A stretch of 64,000 bases of DNA from Candidatus Binatia bacterium (GTDB lineage: Bacteria; Desulfobacterota; Binatia; Bin18): the NCBI GenBank assembly GCA_963664395.2, contig OY761159.2:3513710-3577709 (forward strand), given 5' to 3'. This document shows positions 56,825 through 64,000 of this stretch, piece by piece. The position numbers and the translations under genes are program-made. The stretch's first letter is position 1, and each line of letters starts with the position of its first letter. The notes beneath the pieces are model-generated. The model was not told the origin of the DNA, did no database searches, and was given only the letters and a program-made list of their open reading frames with translations.

Positions 56825-56855
56825 AAGGCCGGCTGAGTAATCAGCCGGCCTTTCT
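56825..56855. terminator. Bidirectional rho-independent terminator
   Basis: aaggccggctga-gtaa-tcagccggcctt with T-rich flanks on both strands. It lies between convergent genes. Confidence 0.7.
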
Positions 56856-56948
56856 GCATCTGAGGATAACAGTTCTTTTATCCCCTCTTGGGACGTGTGA
56901 TACCCATTGCGGCGTGGAGGCAATCACAGAACCGGGCTTCTGTCAGCC

Positions 56949-57434
56949 TCAGCCCTGTAGCAATTTGAGCAGAGCCACAACCACCCCACCCTGGGCAATC
57001 AGCGCCCCCATCATCCACTTGAGCAGATCGGATTTGACCTCGGCCATATCAGCCTTGGTCCCCAGGCGCAGGGCTTCAATATCGGCCTTGGTCCCCAGGC
57101 GCAGGGCTTCAATATCAGCCTTGGTTTCTTGGCGCAGGGCTTCAATATCCCGCTGGACCCCGGCGATACTGGTCTTGGTTTCTTGGCGCAGGGCTTCAAT
57201 ATCCCGTTTGACCCCGACGATACTGGTCTTGGTCTCCTGGCGCAGGACTTCAATATCCCGTTTGACCCCGACGATCTCTCGTTGGATTGCGGCAACATCG
57301 GCTTGGGTGGCAAGATTGGTGTTGAGCAGATGGACCTGCTCGTCGGCCAGGACTTCGGCCTGCTGCTCGGTAAAGCCGTTCTCGGTCAAATGCTTGACGA
57401 ACCGATGGGTGTCAAAGGCAATCGCTTCGGACAT
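56949..57434 (-). CDS. DUF1640-like tail-anchored coiled-coil protein with internal 33-nt and 54-nt tandem repeats
   Basis: 161 aa: 'MSEAIAFDTHRFVKHLTENGFTEQQAEVLADEQV...(VGVKRDIEALRQETKTSI)n...(ADIEALRLGTK)2...LLKWMMGALIAQGGVVVALLKLL'. Confidence 0.8.
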   Translation of the reverse strand: MSEAIAFDTHRFVKHLTENGFTEQQAEVLADEQVHLLNTNLATQADVAAIQREIVGVKRDIEVLRQETKTSIVGVKRDIEALRQETKTSIAGVQRDIEALRQETKADIEALRLGTKADIEALRLGTKADMAEVKSDLLKWMMGALIAQGGVVVALLKLLQG

Positions 57435-57660
57435 GGGGCGGGACTATAGCATATTCCAAGCGAGCGGGGCAGCCCCGTAGGCTGCCCTACTCCCCGGAAA
57501 AACGGCTGATATCGATCACCGCGCGTTCGTGCAGACCCTCACCAATCTTGGTACCTTCAGGGGGCCGGGGTGGGTTCTTTTTTGCACCAGACGTTGACAT
57601 GCGAGTGTCTATACAGAGAAGCTCTACTGTAGGGACGTGAGAGGACGGTTGAGAGGCTCA

Positions 57661-59001
57661 ATGCGTATTGTCCAGGTTGTCAACGGTTTGCCGCCGGAAT
57701 ATCTGGGGGGGACCGAAACCTATGCCGATTCTCTGGCAAAAGAACTCGTTCGGCAGGGCCATGCGGTCTCGGTTTTTGCGCGTCGTGAGAACCAGCCTGA
57801 GTATCAGGTGGAAACGACCACGGTTGAGAATGTCGAGATTACGCGCGTCAATCATACCGAGAGCAAAACATTTGCGGATAGTTACCGCAATGAACGTATT
57901 GCGGCCCGTTTTGGGGAGTTCCTGGACCGTTTCAGGCCGGATGTGGTTCACTTCCAACATCTGGTCTATCTGTCAACAACGTGCGTTCAGGAGGCAGTCC
58001 GGCGTCAGATTCCGGTGGTGATGACGCTGCATGACTACTGGCTGATCTGTCAACGTGGCCGGTTTCTGAAACCGGATTTATCGGTGTGCCCCGGACAAAC
58101 CGATACCGGCTGTGCTCAATGCTTCAGCCATTTGCTCGATAGAAAAATTTCGACCATTCATCACTGGCTGAAACCAGTTCTCGGCCAACAATCCCGGCTC
58201 AGAGAGCAGTTGCGGCGTTGGTACGGCAAACACGCCGGCTCGTGGCCCGTCTCGCTTGCGGCCCGGCAACAGGTTCAGACCCGTATGGCTCATATCCGTG
58301 CGCTGTGTGAGGCGGTCTCGCTGTTTTTGGCTCCCTCGCGTTTCCTGCGCGAACAGTTTGTGGCTTTTGGCGTGCCGGAAGAGAAAATTCTGTTTCACGA
58401 GTGCGGCTTGCAGACGGAACATATTCGTCCGGTTGAGAAAAGCGTGGGGAAAGCGCCGCTCGTCTTTGGCTATATCGGCGTGGTTGACCCGGTGAAAGGC
58501 GTCCATCTGTTGGTTGAAGCCTTTCAGACTTTGCCTCACGCACAGCTGCGTATTTACGGAGGGGAGGCGTCCTATGCGCCCTATCCTGATGAAAAACACT
58601 TTCGCTCCCAGCTTGCCAACTCGCCCCATATTCGGTGCATGGGACGCTACGCACAGCATGAACTCAGTCGCATTCTGGCCGAGGTGGATGTCGTCATCGT
58701 GCCTTCGATCTGGTATGAAAATGCTCCGCTCGTGATTCGGGAGGCATTTCTGGCGCAGAAGCCGGTTATTACTGCCGACTTTGGGGGTATGCGCGAGTGG
58801 GTAACGGATGGGGTAAACGGACTCCTGTTTCAGCCGCGTGATATCGATGACCTGCGTCAAAAGATGAACCGTTTTATTACAGAACCGGATTTGGTCGCTC
58901 GGCTCTCACAAGCATTTCCAGATGTCAGATCAATTGCCGAAGACGCCGCGCTGCTCGAACAACACTATCGGCGTCTTCTGCAGGACTCCCGGTGCTCATG
59001 A
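57661..59001 (+). CDS. GT4-family glycosyltransferase
   Basis: Contains 'MRIVQVVNGLPPEYLGGTETYADSLAKEL' and 'YENAPLVIREAFLAQKPVITADFGGMREWVTDGVNGLLF'. Confidence 0.85.
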   Translation: MRIVQVVNGLPPEYLGGTETYADSLAKELVRQGHAVSVFARRENQPEYQVETTTVENVEITRVNHTESKTFADSYRNERIAARFGEFLDRFRPDVVHFQHLVYLSTTCVQEAVRRQIPVVMTLHDYWLICQRGRFLKPDLSVCPGQTDTGCAQCFSHLLDRKISTIHHWLKPVLGQQSRLREQLRRWYGKHAGSWPVSLAARQQVQTRMAHIRALCEAVSLFLAPSRFLREQFVAFGVPEEKILFHECGLQTEHIRPVEKSVGKAPLVFGYIGVVDPVKGVHLLVEAFQTLPHAQLRIYGGEASYAPYPDEKHFRSQLANSPHIRCMGRYAQHELSRILAEVDVVIVPSIWYENAPLVIREAFLAQKPVITADFGGMREWVTDGVNGLLFQPRDIDDLRQKMNRFITEPDLVARLSQAFPDVRSIAEDAALLEQHYRRLLQDSRCS

Positions 59002-60029
59002 CGCTCTCGCTGACCATTCCGTGCCGAGCGGATGAACCGGACCTGGGCAGCACGCTGGAGAGCCTGTTGACGGCCTGTCTCTCCCCGCAACTTCCGGTCG
59101 GCTGTGTCCGAGAACTGCTCATCTGCATCAATGGGGTCGGCCCGGACCGGGCCTGTCCTGAGCCGAGTCGAAGGGCCTGTCCGCCACTGTTGGCGGTTCG
59201 GGATTTTTGTACTCGTCACGCCCTGCCGGTACAGGAGATTGAACTTTCTTCTCAAAGTCAACCAGCTCAACCAGCTCAACAAGAGCAGGCTCACCAGTCT
59301 TCTCCGGGGGCTGATGGGGCCTTGACGTGTCGCATCCTGCTGGCGGCCTGGCGGGGGAAACCCAGGGCCATGAACGCCTTGTGGCAGTGGGCCTGCGGAG
59401 AGCTGCTGCTGTTCTGTGATGCCGATGTTCGGGTTGACCCGCAGGCGCTTGCACACTTGTACGCCCAATTGCAGACAGAACCGCAGGTGGGGCTTGTGGC
59501 CGCGCGTGAAACCCCGATTCTGGAGGCTGGGTCAAGTATCTGGAGCCGGATGGGCGCACTGCCGTATCGATTTAACTTTGGCAATGCCGGCGGACGCCTC
59601 TTCCTGATACGCAAAGACGCCCTGAGCGGACCCATGCCGGAAGACTTGCTGCTGGAAGATGCCTGGCTGACGGTTGCGGTCGGCAAACAGCGCGTGCGTA
59701 AAGCCATGCAGGCGCAGGTGTTCTTTGTGCTTCCGCGGACCTGGCGCGATTATTTTGCTGAGCGGGTGCGCGCCGAGGGCGGCAAAATACAGCTCCGGCG
59801 GCAGCATGCCCACTTGCTCGAAAACGGCCCGGTCGCCGAGTATCCCTGGGCCGAGTTCCTGCGCAAAATTCGGATTCGTGAGTACGGGCTGGCTCTGGTA
59901 GCATTGTGCATCCGTGGCTTGGCCAGGGTATGGGCCTGGGGACGTTTGCAGCGGTCCGGGTTTTACACTTTGTACCGGCCCTTTGCGTCAACCAAACGCT
60001 GGGGTTCAGCAATCCGGTCCCAAAAATGA
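58998..60029 (+). CDS. GT2-like glycosyltransferase carrying repeat-derived insertions
   Basis: Contains 'LSLTIPCRADEPDLGSTLESL' and 'LLLFCDADVRVDPQAL'. The ATG overlaps the upstream TGA (ATGA). Codons about 52-100 are built from a family-C 23-mer and a 9-nt repeat. Confidence 0.65.
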   Translation: MTLSLTIPCRADEPDLGSTLESLLTACLSPQLPVGCVRELLICINGVGPDRACPEPSRRACPPLLAVRDFCTRHALPVQEIELSSQSQPAQPAQQEQAHQSSPGADGALTCRILLAAWRGKPRAMNALWQWACGELLLFCDADVRVDPQALAHLYAQLQTEPQVGLVAARETPILEAGSSIWSRMGALPYRFNFGNAGGRLFLIRKDALSGPMPEDLLLEDAWLTVAVGKQRVRKAMQAQVFFVLPRTWRDYFAERVRAEGGKIQLRRQHAHLLENGPVAEYPWAEFLRKIRIREYGLALVALCIRGLARVWAWGRLQRSGFYTLYRPFASTKRWGSAIRSQK

Positions 60030-60847
60030 AGGTCTCGGTTGTCATCCTGGTTTGGAATTCTGCGTCTACGATTGAGACCTGTCTGGCCTCGCTGCCTGCC
60101 GGTTTGACGGTCAGCCACGAGGTGATTGTGGTGGATAATGGCTCACAGGATCAGACGGTGTCCTTGTTGAGAGGCCGCTTCCCGCAGGTCCGTATTATTG
60201 CGAATCGGAAAAACCGTGGGGTTGCGCCTGCGCGGAATCAGGGCCTGCGCTGCGCGCGCGGAGAATACGTCCTCATCCTGGATGACGATACGATTATTCA
60301 CCCCAGCGCGTTGGACCGGCTCGTTCAGGTGCTCGACTCCCAGCCGCAGGTTGGTCTGTGCGGCCCCAAACTCATTGATGCCGAGGGGCGGCTCAGTCTG
60401 TCGTGTCGCCTGTTTCCGACGCTCCCGGACAAACTCGGGCGTCGTTTTCCGTCCGTTCTCACCCGTAAGGCTGCCCGTCAAATAGAGTTGGCCGAGTTGG
60501 CGGACTGGGCGCATGATACGCTGCGTCCGGTTGACTATGTGATTGGTGCCTGCCAACTCATCCGCCGGCGGGCGCTTGAGGAGGTCGGCTTGCTGGACGA
60601 ACGCATCTTTTACGGCCCGGAAGACGTGGATTTGTGTGTGCGTATGTACCAGGCCGGCTGGCAGGTGGTGTACCAGCCGGCTGCGGTGGTGACGCATGCC
60701 GAGCAACGCCGCGCCCGGTCAGCCTTCTCGCGTCTGGGCTGGAAACATCTGCGCGGCCTTGCCTACTACTTCTGGAAGCATAGGTATATATTCTCTCGTC
60801 AGACCCTGTACGCGCGATTTCCAAACGAGCAGAGTGACACGCTGTGA
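60026..60847 (+). CDS. GT2-family glycosyltransferase
   Basis: Contains 'MKVSVVILVWNSASTIETCLASL...VIVVDNGSQDQT...LILDDDTIIHPSAL...YGPEDVDLCVRM'. There is an ATGA overlap with the upstream gene. Confidence 0.85.
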   Translation: MKVSVVILVWNSASTIETCLASLPAGLTVSHEVIVVDNGSQDQTVSLLRGRFPQVRIIANRKNRGVAPARNQGLRCARGEYVLILDDDTIIHPSALDRLVQVLDSQPQVGLCGPKLIDAEGRLSLSCRLFPTLPDKLGRRFPSVLTRKAARQIELAELADWAHDTLRPVDYVIGACQLIRRRALEEVGLLDERIFYGPEDVDLCVRMYQAGWQVVYQPAAVVTHAEQRRARSAFSRLGWKHLRGLAYYFWKHRYIFSRQTLYARFPNEQSDTL

Positions 60848-62271
60848 AACTCGTACACCGGTTACGACGAAGAAATGACCAGGCCGTTCTGTTGCTGCTT
60901 GTGCTGGCCGACCTGGCGTGGGCCGGCATTGCGTATGGGAGTGCCTTTTCCCTGCGCGTCTATCTGCCCTTTCCGTTGACGGCCGATCTCCTGCCGGCGT
61001 CCCGTTTTACCGAGGTCACTCACCCGTTCCTTTTTCTCCTGGGTACGCAGGTTGCGTTACTGTATTTTTTCGGCTTTTACGACCGGCCGGTACTCAGCCC
61101 CCGCGCCCGTCTGGCGACGCGGGTGGCGACCGCCCTTGGGGTCCAACTGCTGGCCACCGCGTCCTGGTATTTTTTTCGCGGTGACCTGTCCTTCCCGCGC
61201 TCCGTCCTGGTTGTCTTTTGGGTATTTAATACCCTGGGCGTTGTTGGGGTGCGGCTCTGGGTGCAGCAGCGTCTGGGGCAATCCAGTCCGGTGCGTATCC
61301 TGCTGATTGGCACGGCGCGGGACGTGCGGATGTTTCTCACCAGCCTGACGGACCTCCGCCCGTTTCCAAGCCCGGCTGTTGTTGGCGCAATCGGGTTGGA
61401 GGAATCCGCCTGTCATCCGCCTGAAGAGGTGGGTATTCCGTGGCTGGGCAGGATGGATCATCTGCCCCGGATTCTCGAACAGATAGAGGTCGATGAGGTG
61501 ATTCTCCTGTCGCCCACAAGTTGGAAGGATACGCTGGTTGATCGGCTGTTGAATCTGCCGACCGGCCACCTGGCATCCGAACGCCCGCGCGTACTGGTGG
61601 TCCCCTCGGTCTATGACATTCTGGTCGGGCGCGTTTCGTCCGTGCGTCTGCACGATGTCCCCCTGGTCGAGGTGCTGAAAAATCCGCGTGAAGAAATGGC
61701 CTTTCTCCTGAAAAGTGTCAGCGATCGTTTTGCCGTCGGCGTCCTGCTGGTCCTGTGTTTGCCGCTGGTATGTGTGGCCGCCGGCCTGGTCAAGCTCTCG
61801 TCGTCAGGACCGATGCTGTACCGGCAACGCCGGGTGGGGAGACATGGAAAAGAATTTACCCTGTATAAACTGCGCACGATGGTCCATGAGGCCGAAGCCC
61901 GGACCGGACCGGTGCTGGCCCGCTCGGATGATAACCGGGTGACGCCGGTTGGTCGTCTGCTGCGTGCCACCCGGATTGACGAAATCCCTCAGCTCTTCAA
62001 TGTCCTCAACGGCTCCATGAGTCTGGTCGGCCCCCGCCCGGAGCGGCCTGAATTCGTGGCCGAGTTTCAGCAGACTATTCCCGGTTATGCGGAACGCTTG
62101 CAGGTCAAACCGGGCCTGACCGGTCTGGCCCAGGTCAACGGGGGATACCACACCACGCCCGAGTATAAGCTGAAATACGATTTGGCCTATATCTATAATT
62201 ATTCGCTGTGGTTGGACGTCCGGGTGTTGACGGAGACAGTCAAGGTCATCCTGACCAAGCGGGGCGTATAG
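60844..62271 (+). CDS. Polyprenyl-phosphate sugar phosphotransferase (WbaP/EPS-initiating 'bacterial sugar transferase' family)
   Basis: 475 aa with N-terminal TM segments and the C-terminal catalytic domain 'GPMLYRQRRVGRHGKEFTLYKLRTM...DEIPQLFNVLNGSMSLVGPRP'. Confidence 0.9.
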   Translation: MKLVHRLRRRNDQAVLLLLVLADLAWAGIAYGSAFSLRVYLPFPLTADLLPASRFTEVTHPFLFLLGTQVALLYFFGFYDRPVLSPRARLATRVATALGVQLLATASWYFFRGDLSFPRSVLVVFWVFNTLGVVGVRLWVQQRLGQSSPVRILLIGTARDVRMFLTSLTDLRPFPSPAVVGAIGLEESACHPPEEVGIPWLGRMDHLPRILEQIEVDEVILLSPTSWKDTLVDRLLNLPTGHLASERPRVLVVPSVYDILVGRVSSVRLHDVPLVEVLKNPREEMAFLLKSVSDRFAVGVLLVLCLPLVCVAAGLVKLSSSGPMLYRQRRVGRHGKEFTLYKLRTMVHEAEARTGPVLARSDDNRVTPVGRLLRATRIDEIPQLFNVLNGSMSLVGPRPERPEFVAEFQQTIPGYAERLQVKPGLTGLAQVNGGYHTTPEYKLKYDLAYIYNYSLWLDVRVLTETVKVILTKRGV

Positions 62272-62273
62272 GA

Positions 62274-63551
62274 GTGGCCCCAGCGCAATGTCAGCCGCAA
62301 CGGTGGCAGTGGGAGGAATCTCTCCGGGCCGGCCTGCTGGTCCTGTTCTTTGCAACCTGGAATCTGCCCATTGCCTTTCAGCAAACCGCGCTGGGCTGTC
62401 TGCTGGCCTTCCTGGGCTATACGCTGTGGCAGACTCGGGCTCTTCCCCGGACTCCGTTGCAGCGGCCCTTCTTGTTTTTTTTGGGTGCCCTCCTGGTCTC
62501 AACGGTCTTGAGCCCTGACCCGTTTCAGTCCCTCCTCGCGTATCGGAAACTGTGGCTCATGGGCGGCTGTCTGGCGGTCTTTGTGCTGGTCCGGGACAGG
62601 CGGGAGGTGGAAAAAGTGCTGACCGTGGCGCTCTGGGTGGCCGGCGTGGTGGCCGCGTACAGCATTGTGCAGCATTTTAGCGGGCTTGATCTGGCCAAAA
62701 CCCTGGTTGGCAAAGAGTCGAATCTCGATCCGTTCTGGTTTGGCCGCCAGGAAGGCTACCGGGTGAAAGGGCTGCATCCGTCCGGGATTACCTATGCGCA
62801 TGCCCTGCTCTTTCCGCTCGGCCTGATCACCGCCTGGGGACTGTCTCCCCGGCTGCCCAAAGCGCAGCGCCTCCTGCTTGGGGTGGGGTGGGCGCTCATG
62901 CTGTTTGCCCTGTTTTTCTCCCTCACACGCGGAGTCTGGGTCGCCTACGGCGTGCTGCTGCTGCTGTGTGGGCTGGTGCGGGGCCGCCGCGCCTGGCTGG
63001 TTGGCGGCGTGGCGGTGTGCGGTCTGATCTTCGTCAGTGCCGGGCCGGGGGTGCGCGAACGTGGCCTCTCGATCCTGGACTTTCAGGCCAATACCGGCCG
63101 CAGCCAGATCTGGCTGGCGAATATGGATATGATCAAAGAACGTCCGCTCACCGGCTGGGGGTTTGGGAACTACAGGCAGTTTCGGGAGGATTTTTATCAG
63201 CGCTATCCCGACGCGGACACGGATGCGCACGCGCACAATAATTTTCTTCAGATGTGGGTTGATGCCGGTCTTATCGGCCTGGTGGCATTTCTCTTTCTGG
63301 TCGGCTCGATTATCGTAATGGGCTGGCGTGCCTATGCGAGACAACGCGCCGAGCCGCTGAAAAGCCTGACCTTGGGCTGCTGGCTCGGCCTGGTCGGTTT
63401 TCTGATTGGCGGCCTGACCCAGTATAACTGGGGGGATGCCGAAGTCGCGCTGGTGTGGTGGGCGCTGGTCGGGCTGATGATGCGGGTGTCAAATTTTGTT
63501 GAGGAGACTGAAAAAAGGGCCTTGTCAGAGACAGCCGCCCCGATAAGCTGA
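62274..63551 (+). CDS. O-antigen ligase / polymerase-like (Wzy_C) membrane protein
   Basis: Multi-TM, with 'FSLTRGVWVAY' and 'GWGFGNYRQF...DAHAHNNFLQMWVDAGLIGLVAF'. The start is uncertain (GTG at 62274, or the tracked ATG at 62208, which overlaps the upstream gene). Confidence 0.8.
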   Translation: MAPAQCQPQRWQWEESLRAGLLVLFFATWNLPIAFQQTALGCLLAFLGYTLWQTRALPRTPLQRPFLFFLGALLVSTVLSPDPFQSLLAYRKLWLMGGCLAVFVLVRDRREVEKVLTVALWVAGVVAAYSIVQHFSGLDLAKTLVGKESNLDPFWFGRQEGYRVKGLHPSGITYAHALLFPLGLITAWGLSPRLPKAQRLLLGVGWALMLFALFFSLTRGVWVAYGVLLLLCGLVRGRRAWLVGGVAVCGLIFVSAGPGVRERGLSILDFQANTGRSQIWLANMDMIKERPLTGWGFGNYRQFREDFYQRYPDADTDAHAHNNFLQMWVDAGLIGLVAFLFLVGSIIVMGWRAYARQRAEPLKSLTLGCWLGLVGFLIGGLTQYNWGDAEVALVWWALVGLMMRVSNFVEETEKRALSETAAPIS

Positions 63552-63561
63552 AACGTGACGC

Positions 63562-64000
63562 ATGCAACGTCTGTGGGGCTATATTTATCAATACCGGTAT
63601 CGGTATTTGCGAGGAATCGCATGTCTCGTTATGACGGCTACCCTGGCCATGTCCATCCCGTGGCTGCTCAAGCAGGCGGTCGAAGGGATCGAGCACGGCC
63701 GGCCGTTCAGCGAGGTCTCGTCTACGGTGCTGCTCATTATCGGGATTGCCCTGCTACAGGGTGTTGTCCGCTCCTTTTCGCGCTTTCTCATCTTCAACGT
63801 TGGGCGTGATATCGAGTACCAACTCCGCAACGAGCTGTTTGCCCATTTGCAGACCCTCTCCCTGAGCTATTACCAGCGCCAGCCCATTGGCGACCTCATG
63901 TCACGCCTGGTCAATGACGTGACCGCGGTGCGTCTGCTGCTCGGCCTGGGCATCATTAACATCCTGAATACCCCCCTGTATTACGTGTATGCCATGTCGG
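63562..64000 (+). CDS. ABC exporter, fused permease/ATPase type (MsbA-like), 5' part only
   Basis: The ATG at 63562 begins 'MQRLWGYIYQYRYRYLRGIACLVMTATLAMSIPWLLKQAVEGI...LRNELFAHLQTLSLSYYQRQPIGDLMSRLVNDV'. The frame stays open to the window end. Confidence 0.8.
   Translation, partial: MQRLWGYIYQYRYRYLRGIACLVMTATLAMSIPWLLKQAVEGIEHGRPFSEVSSTVLLIIGIALLQGVVRSFSRFLIFNVGRDIEYQLRNELFAHLQTLSLSYYQRQPIGDLMSRLVNDVTAVRLLLGLGIINILNTPLYYVYAMS

Overview
A 64-kb window from a GC-rich diderm bacterium (LpxA, GmhA and a secretin are present); I cannot assign a taxon from sequence alone.

**Layout**
- 1-24.7 kb: conserved housekeeping genes. These are greA', rimP-nusA-ylxR-infB-DUF503-rbfA-truB-rpsO-pnp-dut, tRNA-Gly, polA, a crotonase, bolA, an epimerase, pgsA, purF-purL-purQ-purS-purB, tRNA-Cys, lpxA, yacG, tRNA-Gly, a stand-alone 5S rRNA and gmhA. 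All of these ORFs are intact.
- 26.2-33.0 kb: a T2SS/T4P-like cluster (gspF, gspG, a PilM-PilN/GspL-like fusion, GspM/PilO-like, PilP/GspC-like, secretin). No ATPase, prepilin peptidase or minor pseudopilins lie in the window.
- 33.0-40.1 kb: an accessory island. It holds small genes (DUF559, a decayed RelE pair, several tail-anchored coiled-coil/DUF1640-like proteins, a decayed Met-rich secreted protein) embedded in a mosaic of at least five families of short GC-rich repeats, some nested inside one another, with a reused terminator module.
- 40.1-64 kb: a glycan (O-antigen/EPS-like) locus. It contains Wzt/Wzm, three methyltransferases, two large dual-domain glycosyltransferases, further GT2/GT4 genes, a sulfatase/LtaS-like membrane enzyme, a polyprenyl-phosphate sugar transferase, an O-antigen-ligase-like protein and the start of an MsbA-like ABC exporter. 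It is interrupted at 54.1-57.4 kb by a heavily frameshifted gene for a secreted repeat protein and another DUF1640 gene.

**Main things worth a second look**
- The cassette-like island and its length-variable tail-anchored coiled-coil gene family.
- The nested micro-repeats, which also sit inside coding sequences.
- Single-nucleotide frameshifts confined to accessory genes.
- The ATPase-less secretion cluster.
- An orphan 5S rRNA with its own promoter.
- Phased 10-bp and in-frame 9-bp tandem repeats.

No CRISPR array, transposase, integrase or prophage was recognised. All calls come from reading the sequence and ORF translations; no database search was run.
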